A stretch of 51,515 nucleotides of DNA from a virus (IMGVR_UViG_2681813321_000027), one strand, 5' to 3'; shown: positions 1 through 9,182, counted from the stretch's first letter. Made by a program: numbers and translations. Notes: generated by a model from the sequence alone, not told the origin.

Positions 1-1005
1 TTAATCCCCCGTGGACACTGCGTGGACACTCACGCCACCTTTCAGCGGATTAAGGGCCACCGCATCCTGCAGGTAATCCGGTGCAAAATGTGCATATGCC
101 ATTGTTTGCTGAATGGTTGCGTGGCCAAGAATCTTCTGAAGCGCAATAATGTTTCCTCCGTTCATCACAAAATGGCTGGCGAACGTATGCCGCAGCACAT
201 GTGCAGCCTGGCCTTTTGGTAAATCGGGCTTAACTCTTTTCAGCGCCAAGCAGAATTCCCGGTACTTCACCTCAAACAAGCCGCCTGTTTCTCTGGTTTT
301 GATCGCCTCACAAACTGCCTGCGAAATTGGCACTGTTCTCTTTCGGCCATTTTTGGTTTCAAGAAACGTTACACGGTTATGAACTATCTGTTCACCACGA
401 AGCTTACAAGCTTCACTCCAGCGCGCCCCTGTGCTTAAACACAAAAGCGCAACACGCCAGTAGTCGCCATCCAGTGTATCGAGCAATAGCGCTACTTCCT
501 TCTGGGACAGGAAAGCCATTTCTCGCGGGGATACATAAAGAATGGAGATCCCCCTTACCGGATGTTCTGCATCCCAAAGGCCTATTCTTTTCAGAACAGT
601 AAACATGCCGGATAGTCGGTTCATGTACCTGTTAGCAGATGACGGTTTCAATCCAGCAGCTATCTTTTGAGAACGCCACGCGATAATTTTCAACTTATCA
701 AGATCCACAGCCTGCATATCAGCGCCAAGTTCATTGATTATGTTGCACAGTTGTTTTCGGTCTTCTTCCGCCTTACGCCTGTGTTGACCGTGATACATCC
801 ACCACAACTCAAGCAAATCATTTAGCGTTCGGCGATCACGGTAGCCCTGTATATATTCCCGCTTTTCAGCGTTCGCCATGATGTAGCGTTCAGTGGCCAC
901 CGCTACCGATTTTTTGTCAAATACCTTACGCACGCGCTTTCCCTTGCGTCCGTTCGGCCTGATGTCCAGCAAATAACGACCATCTTCGAGCTTCTTAATT
1001 GACAT
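1..1005 (-). CDS. int: tyrosine integrase (P2 Int family)
   Basis: 334 aa; collinear with P2 Int as recalled (IKKLxDGRY N-terminus, LRHTFA and GHxxIQQTMxYAHFAP catalytic C-terminus); ATG at 1005, TAA at 1-3; first gene in prophage order. Confidence 0.9.
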   Translation of the reverse strand: MSIKKLEDGRYLLDIRPNGRKGKRVRKVFDKKSVAVATERYIMANAEKREYIQGYRDRRTLNDLLELWWMYHGQHRRKAEEDRKQLCNIINELGADMQAVDLDKLKIIAWRSQKIAAGLKPSSANRYMNRLSGMFTVLKRIGLWDAEHPVRGISILYVSPREMAFLSQKEVALLLDTLDGDYWRVALLCLSTGARWSEACKLRGEQIVHNRVTFLETKNGRKRTVPISQAVCEAIKTRETGGLFEVKYREFCLALKRVKPDLPKGQAAHVLRHTFASHFVMNGGNIIALQKILGHATIQQTMAYAHFAPDYLQDAVALNPLKGGVSVHAVSTGD

Positions 1006-1101
1006 TGCGAAGCCCTCCAATGAACCGCCCTACAATTTCTCCAGCCTCTTTCCAGCAATAATCAGACCAGACAAAGAGCAGGTCTAACCAGTTTTCTGGA
1101 C

Positions 1102-1422
1102 TTAGCGGGGTGATTTTTGGTTTGTTTCGGTTGAAACCTGATCGCCCTCCGAATCGAAGAAGCCATCAAGAGAGAGAGGCGGAGCAATCTGCCCCGTCGC
1201 AGCATTAGTTTGATTAAACATCACCCAATCCGAATACTTCCGAAAACGAGGATGATTCAAAATCAGGAGTAACGTTTCTCCAGGTATCATTCTTCCCAAT
1301 ATTTCATAATTTTTGAGATTGTATTGAGATACCCCTGTCACCTCTTCCATCTCTCTACGTGACAATCCCTCTGCCTCTCGAATCAGGCGAAGTTTTTCTC
1401 CAAGGCTTGATTTATGGATCAT
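1102..1422 (-). CDS. C: immunity repressor (P2 C-like)
   Basis: 106 aa from ATG at 1422 (track ORF begins at an upstream GTG); HTH region and FxKYxxWxMxNQxxxxxGQIAP motif resemble P2 C; divergent from cox. Confidence 0.75.
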   Translation of the reverse strand: MIHKSSLGEKLRLIREAEGLSRREMEEVTGVSQYNLKNYEILGRMIPGETLLLILNHPRFRKYSDWVMFNQTNAATGQIAPPLSLDGFFDSEGDQVSTETNQKSPR

Positions 1423-1537
1423 ATGTGATCTAAACTCCACGCTATTGGGTTACATGTAATACAAAACATTCAAATAGCCAAAATAAGCCTATATAAGTCA
1501 TTTTGGGCCATTTGGACGAATTAAGGAGATTACCACA
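1423..1537. promoter_or_regulatory. C/cox divergent promoter-operator (lysis-lysogeny switch) region
   Basis: AT-rich 115-bp gap between divergent repressor and cox; TATA-like hexamers; strong RBS aaggag before cox. Confidence 0.4.
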
Positions 1538-1825
1538 ATGAGCGAATCAGAGCTTGAGGGGTTCATTCAGGTAGCACCATATCCACTTGAAGCGGTGCCA
1601 TATCAACTATTTGCCAAGATGATTGGTCGCAAAGAATCAACCGTCAGAACCATGATTGACGCTGCAAAGTTACCAACGATTGACTTTGTGAAACCAGGTT
1701 CAGTGAAGACGCGAGCATCAGAAAACTGGGTATATCTGCCAGCATTTAACGCAGGTATGCGCAAAGCGTTTTTTGATCAGCCGAAAGAACGCCGCGATGC
1801 ATGGTTGTTGTGGCTGGGGCTTTAA
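1538..1825 (+). CDS. cox: Cox-like excisionase/early regulator
   Basis: 95 aa; YxxFAKxIGxxxxxVRxMID and WVYLPAxN and WLxWLGL motifs match P2 Cox as recalled. Confidence 0.8.
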   Translation: MSESELEGFIQVAPYPLEAVPYQLFAKMIGRKESTVRTMIDAAKLPTIDFVKPGSVKTRASENWVYLPAFNAGMRKAFFDQPKERRDAWLLWLGL

Positions 1826-1831
1826 TCATAA

Positions 1832-2038
1832 ATGACCAGCAATATCACCAGCGCCATTTTGGACCTTGTATTCCTAGAAGTGGGTGTAATAGCGATTTAT
1901 CTGCTTAGCAAGCTAACAGGACAAAAAGAACGCTTTATTGTTCTCAACGTTCATTACCTCGCCGCTTATGCCAGAGGTCTTTTTCCGATCACCATTGGTG
2001 CGGTGCTCATGGCGTTTGTTATTTGGCTCATCGGGTAG
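1832..2038 (+). CDS. small hydrophobic protein (hypothetical)
   Basis: 68-aa ORF with two predicted hydrophobic helices, immediately after cox; no recognisable homology. Confidence 0.35.
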   Translation: MTSNITSAILDLVFLEVGVIAIYLLSKLTGQKERFIVLNVHYLAAYARGLFPITIGAVLMAFVIWLIG

Positions 2039-2049
2039 AGGCACGAAAA

Positions 2050-2508
2050 ATGAATAAGCAACAGCGAAATGGCAAGCCCCATAACACGGGATTTCGTCGC
2101 AATTACTTTGAAAATGGGCGTTATGCCGGGGAAGTAAATAGGTACGGAGTTTTTGACATGAAGCAACAGTGCAATTCTTCACAGCAACGCTTCCGCAACG
2201 GGGAGGAACGCCATGCTAACCGTTTCGCTACCAGTACATCGCGTAGCAACTATCGCTACAGCCTGAGCGAAACACACGCCACACCTGATGGCCATCCCGT
2301 AAAACAAATTGGTGAACACACCTGGCTGATTGAGAAAGCTGGAATCGTGGTTCACAGATGTCCGCACAACCCATTTACCGGAAACCGCATTTTTGCTCTG
2401 AGCAACGGCGACAATCAGTTTGGGCAGGATTTCACATTGTACGAAGCGCTACGCACGGTTGATCGTCTGCTGCGCGGACAGAATTTCATTAAACAGGCTG
2501 ATTTATAA
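2050..2508 (+). CDS. early-region protein (hypothetical; position of P2 B / 186 CII)
   Basis: 152 aa from ATG 2050 with gagg RBS (track ORF starts at TTG 2023); assignment is by synteny only. Confidence 0.45.
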   Translation: MNKQQRNGKPHNTGFRRNYFENGRYAGEVNRYGVFDMKQQCNSSQQRFRNGEERHANRFATSTSRSNYRYSLSETHATPDGHPVKQIGEHTWLIEKAGIVVHRCPHNPFTGNRIFALSNGDNQFGQDFTLYEALRTVDRLLRGQNFIKQADL

Positions 2509-2518
2509 CAGGTGCTTT

Positions 2519-2797
2519 ATGACCAAAGAGCATGCACAAGGTGTATTTATCCGTTTTATTGATTTTCGCGGTGAACTGTTATTACGCGCATCAGCTATTG
2601 ATGGAGTCGTCCCATCAGAAAAAAATGCAGCTACTTACGTTTATCTGAACGGCACGCGCCTGACCGTAGAACTTCCGTACCAGACTGTACACGAAATCAT
2701 TAGCGAAGCTGAAAAAGCACGTAATATTAATGGCGATAAACCCTATATCGAAATTATCTGCATGGATTCAGAAGCTGAAATTCAGAAAGCAGATTAA
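2519..2797 (+). CDS. hypothetical early protein
   Basis: 92 aa from ATG 2519; acidic C-terminus; same operon orientation. Confidence 0.5.
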   Translation: MTKEHAQGVFIRFIDFRGELLLRASAIDGVVPSEKNAATYVYLNGTRLTVELPYQTVHEIISEAEKARNINGDKPYIEIICMDSEAEIQKAD

Positions 2798-2808
2798 AGG
2801 ACGTTGCG

Positions 2809-3051
2809 ATGGGCAAAGAATATAAAACTCTCATTAACAAAGCACTTGAGCGTTTTTATTTTCGCTTAAGTGCATCAGGCGCGCATGCTGAACGTGCAGC
2901 CCGTGACTCATTGACCAGGGCAATCCGGAGTCTGTATGACGTGGCTTTTTACGCTGATGATCTGGATGCACTTAACGAACTTTCCGAGCTGATCTGTGCC
3001 GCAGAATGCGGGGAACATATTGAACCGTATAAGCTGGGGAATATCGCATGA
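2809..3051 (+). CDS. hypothetical early protein
   Basis: 80 aa; RBS present; stop overlaps next start. Confidence 0.5.
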   Translation: MGKEYKTLINKALERFYFRLSASGAHAERAARDSLTRAIRSLYDVAFYADDLDALNELSELICAAECGEHIEPYKLGNIA

Positions 3052-3161
3052 GTATATTTATCTCATGGCTTGTTCTGATTATTTCGGTGGCCTGCGCCAT
3101 TGGGATTATGCGAATTATTAATTCAGTGAAAAATATTGAACGCTTTTTCACTGGCGAATAA
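3048..3161 (+). CDS. small hydrophobic peptide (hypothetical)
   Basis: 37 codons (MSIFISWLVLIISVACAIGIM...), ATGA overlap with upstream stop; not in the ORF track because of size. Confidence 0.3.
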   Translation: MSIFISWLVLIISVACAIGIMRIINSVKNIERFFTGE

Positions 3162-3247
3162 CAGCGCAAATAAAACCACAGGTTAAATAAGAAAATGTAA
3201 AAACAATCCGCATTCGCGGAGGTATTCACACACGCCAAGGAGGCGTA

Positions 3248-3451
3248 ATGGCAATTAAGCATTTTCCTGTCGTTCGTTTTACCTCCAGAGGACGTGAATA
3301 CGAAGTCGACGAACGCCTGATTACCACAATCGACAAACACCGTTCGGAAAAGGATGCACACCACATCTACCTCACTGACGGCACTTACTTCTGCGCCACC
3401 AACGTGGCGCGGGTGAATCTTATCCGACAAGTACAGGAGCCACGCAGATGA
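3248..3451 (+). CDS. hypothetical early protein
   Basis: 67 aa; strong RBS aaggagg; ATGA overlap with next gene. Confidence 0.5.
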   Translation: MAIKHFPVVRFTSRGREYEVDERLITTIDKHRSEKDAHHIYLTDGTYFCATNVARVNLIRQVQEPRR

Positions 3452-3714
3452 CCATTCTGGACTACATCGCTACCCATCCGGGTTGTAGCGGCGGAGAAAT
3501 CGCCGCAGCACTGAATACCCCAACCACAGCCATCAATGCTGAGTTACGCCGACTCTGGCGCGGCGGCTTAGTCATCAGAACAAACCGCAGCACAGGTGGT
3601 CGCGCTCGCAAAGCAGGAGGCCAAGCTTCTTACCACGTAAACCCGATGCCGTTCGGGTGTAGCAATCCACTTACTCACATGTTTAACCAGCTACTGAAGG
3701 AAACCAGAGCATGA
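3448..3714 (+). CDS. hypothetical protein, possible winged-helix DNA binding
   Basis: 88 aa; N-terminal ILDYIATHPGCSGGEIAAAL pattern resembles wHTH regulators; translationally coupled. Confidence 0.45.
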   Translation: MTILDYIATHPGCSGGEIAAALNTPTTAINAELRRLWRGGLVIRTNRSTGGRARKAGGQASYHVNPMPFGCSNPLTHMFNQLLKETRA

Positions 3715-4010
3715 GCACCATCAATCACCAGAAGCTACGCGAACTGGCATTTGCCCTGCAACGAATGGCAACGCCTCAAAAATTACTGGTATTTCGCGCA
3801 ATGCTCTCGCCGTCTGCTGTGCTGGCACTGCTGGATGAGCTGGAGCACGCCAGAACCACGGCTCCTGCCATTCGTCTGACGCTCCATCATGAAATCGCTG
3901 ATTTCTGCGCGACGTTGAAGGCGCCAGGCGAACCGGAAACACCGGAAGTAATACAGCAAGAACTGCTGCAACGCATTGACAAGGTTTTTGATTTTTTTCT
4001 GAACCAGTAA
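3711..4010 (+). CDS. hypothetical early protein
   Basis: 99 aa; ATGA coupling to upstream gene. Confidence 0.5.
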   Translation: MSTINHQKLRELAFALQRMATPQKLLVFRAMLSPSAVLALLDELEHARTTAPAIRLTLHHEIADFCATLKAPGEPETPEVIQQELLQRIDKVFDFFLNQ

Positions 4011-4042
4011 GAAACCAGAACATGCACACACAAAAAAACCGC

Positions 4043-4153
4043 TTGCCATGCCGCAATCAGTCAGGTTACATTTCCGCTGCACCTCACAAAACGGGTGTCG
4101 GGTTTCGCAGCCTGCTGACTACACAAGCGCACAACCGCGCCAGCGGTTTTTTT
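4043..4153 (+). ncRNA. candidate small RNA (promoter to intrinsic terminator)
   Basis: TTGCCA-N17-TACATT at 4043-4071, then stem aaccgc/gcggtt (4133-4148) followed by T5-7; no ORF with RBS inside. Confidence 0.25.
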
Positions 4154-4332
4154 GTGCGTACTGTATTGCCACGTTTTTTTCGCGTCAGAATTATGGCGGG
4201 GCGTACGGGGCCGACTTCGGTCGGGCCGGGTTCTTGTGTAGCCGGTACTGCGAACCTCGTACGTCTCGCCACCCACAGTTTCGCAGCTCTGGATGGTGAG
4301 TTTTCACAACTTACTACACAAGGGGCCACACC

Positions 4333-4563
4333 ATGGCAAACCGCAAACCACACCGCGCTATCGCGGAGAGTCGTCACATCCAGACTGAAATCAACCGCAG
4401 ACTTTCCCGCGCATCACGCGTCGCGCAAATCATGCACATCAATATGCTGCATGAGCGCAGCCACGCACTATCAAACATTTATTCCGCCTCTGTTTTCAGC
4501 TATCTGGCGGATGATCTGCACGAGCTTCAACAGCTCATCCAGCAGCAAAACAAACTCCATTAA
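4333..4563 (+). CDS. hypothetical protein
   Basis: 76 aa; aagggg RBS 9 nt upstream. Confidence 0.4.
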   Translation: MANRKPHRAIAESRHIQTEINRRLSRASRVAQIMHINMLHERSHALSNIYSASVFSYLADDLHELQQLIQQQNKLH

Positions 4564-4635
4564 TTCCTGTTCCGGGCCTTTCCTGCACCTTGCGGCGGGA
4601 GGCCTTCGCACATCTGTAACAAGAGGATTGCCGCA

Positions 4636-5001
4636 ATGATTCTCGCCAACGACTTTCTTGAATACCTGCTCAACACAGAACGTGATCTTGCCGCTCGCGT
4701 GCGTGATCGTTATGACATGTACCTGAAATCCCTGCCTGTACCGCAGCTCGCTGACGGAAAGATTGTTATTGATGGTCGCTACATGATTGACAGCCACGAG
4801 GGAAATTACAGGCTTTACCGCATTGAAGGTGGCACCCCGTCCGTTATTGGCATTTACCAGCGCCCATCCTCTGCAATCGTCGATGTGATTGCCGACAGCA
4901 TCCGCATCACACATCGCCATGCCGACACAGAAGACACCGTGCTGGAAATTCAGCGGCTGGCTACAGTCTGCCGCGACACCCTGAATGGCATGACGAAGTA
5001 A
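4636..5001 (+). CDS. hypothetical protein
   Basis: 121 aa; immediately upstream of A. Confidence 0.5.
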   Translation: MILANDFLEYLLNTERDLAARVRDRYDMYLKSLPVPQLADGKIVIDGRYMIDSHEGNYRLYRIEGGTPSVIGIYQRPSSAIVDVIADSIRITHRHADTEDTVLEIQRLATVCRDTLNGMTK

Positions 5002-5007
5002 ATCACT

Positions 5008-7830
5008 ATGACGGCAGAGTACATCAGGGACTGGCAACAACCGCGCCACGCAGTGGGGCGTGAAGGAACGGGGATCCCCGCTCCTGAATCCGCGCTTTCC
5101 TCCTGGCTGGATGCCTACCGGGCAGAGAACGAGCGCCGCCAGGAAATGGCTGATGCGGCGTTCTCCGCCACGCCGCTGGGCAACCTGATTAATAAAAGCC
5201 TGGACGCACAGGAAAAACAGGACAAAACCATCACACTGGCAGGAGACGCCAGAAAACAGGCACGTGGCGCGGTGGATGAAGCCATGGCCTCGCTGCGCCT
5301 GCTGCCGTCCTATCTGCGCGATCCGCTTATTCGCCACCTCTCCTTCCTGCGCAAAAAACAGGAAGCCGATCGCCGGAAAGGCAAAAAGAGCTGGCAGGCT
5401 GAACGCTACGCGTGCGGAACCCTGCGCAAAATATTCGAACGTCTGGACCGCACCGACCACCGCTGGCTGACACCGGGTTATCGCTCCCTTGCCGGACGCG
5501 AACGCCTGGATGATTTGCTTTACCTGCCGCAGCTCAACAAACACCAGATACAGACGCTGGCCACCATGACGGCGGCGATGTTCAGCAGCACCTTCGAAAA
5601 ACTCTGCGATGGCTTTGGCGCGACTGATGGCGAGCTGACCATGGATGTAACGCTGAAGGCTTATCAGATGCTGGCCCGCATGGCGTTACACCTGCACGCC
5701 ATGCCTCCACATTATGACGCACTGACAACAGACAAAGACCGGAGGAACGAACCGGACACGGAGCTGCTGCCGGGCGCAATCCTTCGCTTGACCTGTGCGG
5801 AATGGTGGAAACGCAAACTATGGCTGTTGCGTTGTGAGTGGCGGGAAGAACAACTCCGCGCCGCCTGTCTGGTTTCCAGAAAAACATCCCCCTATCTGAG
5901 CCAGGACGCGTTAAGCGAGTTTCGCGCACAGCGCGAGAAAACACGCGATTTCCTGAAAAGTTTCATGCTGGAAAATGAAGACGGGTTCACGATTGATCTC
6001 GAGACGGTGTATTACGCGGGAGTAAGTAACCCGGTTCACCGTAAGGCAGAAATGATGGCCACCATGAAGGGACTGGAACTTCTGGCCGAAGCCCGTGGCG
6101 ACAGAGCGGTGTTTCTGACCGTCACCTGCCCGTCAAAATACCACGCAACAACGGAGAACGGTCATCCGAACCCCAAATGGAACGGGGCCACCATGCGCGA
6201 CTCCAGCGATTACCTGGTTAACACGTTTTTTGCGGCGGTCCGCAAAAAACTGAACCGCGACGGCCTGCGCTGGTATGGCATCCGCACGGTGGAGCCTCAC
6301 CATGACGGCACTGTGCACTGGCATATGATGGTCTTTGCACATCCGGACGAGATTGAAACCATCGTGTCCCACGTCTGCGATATTGCCATTCAGGAGGGCC
6401 GCCACGAGCTGGGCGATGACATAACTCCGCGTTTTAAGGCGGAGTATGTCGACGGCTCAAAAGGCACACCAACCAGCTACATCGCCACCTACATCGGAAA
6501 GAACCTGGACAGCCGCGCCGTGGATGGCATCGACCCGAAAACGGGCAAGCCACGCGTTGACCACGAAACCGGAAAATCAATGGCCGAGAGCGTGGAGCGC
6601 GCCATCGGCTGGGCGCGCCTTCACCGGGTCCGTCAGTTCCAGTTCTTTGGCATCCCCTCCCGTCAGGTGTGGCGTGAACTGCGCCGCCTTGCCAGCCAGA
6701 TGGCACGCAATCCGGAAGGCCCGCAACGGCTGAAAGATGATGCAATGGATGCGGTACTCGCTGCCGCCGATGCCGGGTGTTTTGCCACCTACATTGAAAA
6801 ACAGGGTGGCGTGCTTGTTCCACGCAAGGACTACCTGATTCGCACCGCCTACGACCTCGCAGATGAGCTGAACGATTACGGCGAACAGAGCGTACAGATT
6901 TACGGGATCTGGTCACCACTCATCGGGGAATCCTCCCGTGTGTGCACGCATCCGGATAACTGGAAGCTGGTAAGACGTAAACCAGAACCGGAAGACAACG
7001 CCCACGAAAATGGTTTTGACCTTCAGGGCGGCCCTGCCGCCCCTTGGACTCGTGGCAATAACTGTCCCCGTGTACAGGAAACGGACGACAACGGGACAGA
7101 ACAGCCGGAAGAACGGCCAGCACCGTGGCCGCAGCTCCCTGACGGCGTTGAAGTGAACGAATGGATGCGCTCACTGAAACGGCACGAACGCCGGGCGCTG
7201 ATGCGTTCGCTTCGTGACAAACAGGCAAAAAACAGCAGTGATGAAATGCAGAGCTGGACACAGAGCCGCAAACAGCAGCGGCCTTTGCCTGATAACCACG
7301 AATTACTCGCTAAAGAATGGCGGGAGTCTGCTGAATCTCTCGGCCTGCATATCGGTGAACAGCAGATGCAGCACCTGTTACGGGGCGGCAGCCTGTACGT
7401 TGACGGCAGCATCATTGCACCGCAGGGATTTGAAATTGTACGCAAACCGGATACCCGACCGGACAGCCGGATCACGCAGCTCTGGCAGCGCCTGAGCCGT
7501 AACCACGGCGTAAGCAGTACGGAGATCCGCCATAACCCGGTCGCCAGCTATCTGGAACAGCTGGGGGCATCAGACCCCGAAGCCGCCGCACGCCTGGCAT
7601 CCACACTTCAGCAGGACCAGAACACCATGAAAACACCCGTTACCGTGCTTTCTGACATGCTGCGCGCCATCCGCGACGCAGAGCACGCACAGAGAATCAG
7701 TGAAACCACTGAACGCGCCCGCCGCAAAGCAGACCTGCTGCGGGGTAGCCTGACCAGTGGAAACAAAAAACAGACAGAAAAGGGATTCACAAATCCCGTA
7801 AATGAGCAAAAAACGCGCCGCGATATATGA
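5008..7830 (+). CDS. A: rolling-circle replication initiator (P2 gpA family)
   Basis: 940 aa; HUH motif VHWHMMVF (about 6316-6336) and two-tyrosine motif YIATYIGK (about 6475-6501); long charged C-terminal region. Confidence 0.85.
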   Translation: MTAEYIRDWQQPRHAVGREGTGIPAPESALSSWLDAYRAENERRQEMADAAFSATPLGNLINKSLDAQEKQDKTITLAGDARKQARGAVDEAMASLRLLPSYLRDPLIRHLSFLRKKQEADRRKGKKSWQAERYACGTLRKIFERLDRTDHRWLTPGYRSLAGRERLDDLLYLPQLNKHQIQTLATMTAAMFSSTFEKLCDGFGATDGELTMDVTLKAYQMLARMALHLHAMPPHYDALTTDKDRRNEPDTELLPGAILRLTCAEWWKRKLWLLRCEWREEQLRAACLVSRKTSPYLSQDALSEFRAQREKTRDFLKSFMLENEDGFTIDLETVYYAGVSNPVHRKAEMMATMKGLELLAEARGDRAVFLTVTCPSKYHATTENGHPNPKWNGATMRDSSDYLVNTFFAAVRKKLNRDGLRWYGIRTVEPHHDGTVHWHMMVFAHPDEIETIVSHVCDIAIQEGRHELGDDITPRFKAEYVDGSKGTPTSYIATYIGKNLDSRAVDGIDPKTGKPRVDHETGKSMAESVERAIGWARLHRVRQFQFFGIPSRQVWRELRRLASQMARNPEGPQRLKDDAMDAVLAAADAGCFATYIEKQGGVLVPRKDYLIRTAYDLADELNDYGEQSVQIYGIWSPLIGESSRVCTHPDNWKLVRRKPEPEDNAHENGFDLQGGPAAPWTRGNNCPRVQETDDNGTEQPEERPAPWPQLPDGVEVNEWMRSLKRHERRALMRSLRDKQAKNSSDEMQSWTQSRKQQRPLPDNHELLAKEWRESAESLGLHIGEQQMQHLLRGGSLYVDGSIIAPQGFEIVRKPDTRPDSRITQLWQRLSRNHGVSSTEIRHNPVASYLEQLGASDPEAAARLASTLQQDQNTMKTPVTVLSDMLRAIRDAEHAQRISETTERARRKADLLRGSLTSGNKKQTEKGFTNPVNEQKTRRDI

Positions 7831-7875
7831 AGCGCGCATAAAACAGGCAAAAACGGGATTTCAGAATCCCGTAAA
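7782..7875. promoter_or_regulatory. paired palindromic repeats upstream of parM (parC-like centromere/operator candidate)
   Basis: gggattcacaaatcccgtaaa (7782-7802, inside the last codons of A) and gggatttcagaatcccgtaaa (7855-7875); each an inverted repeat gggatt-N4-aatccc; copies in repeat units 2 and 3, absent from unit 4. Confidence 0.4.
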
Positions 7876-7906
7876 CGATTAATTAATCAACATAAGGAAA
7901 AGCGAC

Positions 7907-8866
7907 ATGAAAATTTGTATCGATGACGGCTCCACCAACATCAAGCTGGCATGGACTGAGAAGGGCGAACGCCGCAACGCCATCAGCCCAAACAGCTTCA
8001 AGTCGGAATGGTCTGCGCCGTTCGGTGGCACGCAGCCCGCGAACTACATGCTTGATGGCGTGCGCTATGGTTTTGATCCGGTCAGCGATCGCTTTGTCCA
8101 GACGACCGACACGCAATACCAGTACAGCGATGTGAATGTCATTGCCATTCATCACGCGCTGGTCAAATCAGGCATCACACCACAGGAAGTGGATGTGGTT
8201 GTCACCCTGCCACTGAGCGAATATTTCGACACAAACGCACAGCCGGACATGGCCAACATCAATCGCAAAAAAGCAAACGTCATGCGCCCGGTGGCGTACC
8301 AGAACGGAAAAGCATTCACTATCCGTAACGTACGGGTTATGCCTGAATCCATTCCGGCTGGTTTTAAAGCACTGGCTGACATGAGTCCGTTTGAATCCCT
8401 GCTGATTGTGGATTTAGGCGGAACCACGCTGGATGTGGCAAAGGTTCAGGGACAACTGGCAGGTATCAGCCAGGTGTTTTGCGATCCACACGTAGGCGTT
8501 TCCCTGATGGCCGATGCCGTACTGTCGGTGATGGCCACTAACGGTATGCGTACCAGTCACCACATCGCCAATACCATTATCGAACATCGCCATGATGAAG
8601 CCTGGCTGCGCCAGCACATCCACAATGACGCGCATTACGCCAGCCTGATGGCGGTTATTCGTGAAAAGGAAGAAACACTGAAACAACGCGTGTTCCGCGC
8701 GCTGGCGGGTTTTTCGGGTTACGGGCGGGTGATGGTTGTCGGTGGCGGGGCGGAGATTGTGGCACCCGCTATCCGCGAAGCCTGCGGAGTTAATGCGACT
8801 TTCATCGCGGACGGGGTGCCACAGTTTGCTCTGGTTAATGGGCTGTACGCAATGGACAAGGAGTAA
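7907..8866 (+). CDS. parM: ParM/StbA-like actin-fold ATPase
   Basis: 319 aa; MKICIDDGSTNIKLAW, DLGGTTLDV and VVGGGAEI motifs; collinear with plasmid R1 ParM as recalled. Confidence 0.85.
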   Translation: MKICIDDGSTNIKLAWTEKGERRNAISPNSFKSEWSAPFGGTQPANYMLDGVRYGFDPVSDRFVQTTDTQYQYSDVNVIAIHHALVKSGITPQEVDVVVTLPLSEYFDTNAQPDMANINRKKANVMRPVAYQNGKAFTIRNVRVMPESIPAGFKALADMSPFESLLIVDLGGTTLDVAKVQGQLAGISQVFCDPHVGVSLMADAVLSVMATNGMRTSHHIANTIIEHRHDEAWLRQHIHNDAHYASLMAVIREKEETLKQRVFRALAGFSGYGRVMVVGGGAEIVAPAIREACGVNATFIADGVPQFALVNGLYAMDKE

Positions 8867-8870
8867 ACCA

Positions 8871-9182
8871 ATGACGACACCAACCAGACGGATAAGTTTC
8901 TATCTGAAGCCCGCCGCCGTCAAGAACGAAGGCGAAGCATGCGCCTGGCTGGACAGCCTTACACCAGAAGCCCGCAAAAGTGGTCAACGCGTGGCTTTTC
9001 TGGCCGGGCTGGCACTACTGAAAATGAATCCGGCAGAGGCTTACCGACTGGCTGCATGGGCTGATGATGAGGCGTTATCAGTGACACAAACCAGGACAGA
9101 ACGCCCCGCGTCACAGCCAGTACCAACCGCACAGATAACCAGTCAGATGGCCGGAAATATCCGGGCGTTATTTCCCGAATAA
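8871..9182 (+). CDS. parR: ParR-like adaptor (putative)
   Basis: 103 aa from ATG 8871 with aaggag RBS; AFLAGLALL and IRALFPE resemble R1 ParR; directly downstream of parM. Confidence 0.55.
   Translation: MTTPTRRISFYLKPAAVKNEGEACAWLDSLTPEARKSGQRVAFLAGLALLKMNPAEAYRLAAWADDEALSVTQTRTERPASQPVPTAQITSQMAGNIRALFPE

Noticed and set aside
1-30. attL or tRNA target immediately left of int
   Set aside because: The window begins at the int stop codon, so no flanking sequence is available and the attachment site cannot be assessed.
2972-3430. 152-aa minus-strand ORF in the early region
   Set aside because: Overlaps three coupled plus-strand genes with good RBSs; opposite to the operon direction.
4471-5544. 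357-aa minus-strand ORF spanning the 4636 ORF and the start of A
   Set aside because: Antisense to two consecutive forward genes of the early operon, including the conserved A N-terminus. Treated as spurious.
5582-7475. Several 90-160-aa minus-strand ORFs inside gene A (and their copies)
   Set aside because: Arg/Cys/Pro-rich translations typical of antisense frames of a GC-rich gene; all lie within the conserved replication gene.
7907-9182. parM/parR as a toxin-antitoxin pair or as the phage tin/old exclusion genes
   Set aside because: The ParM-like protein has the full actin-fold ATPase motif set and is collinear with R1 ParM; nothing resembles an Old-type ATPase/nuclease or Tin.
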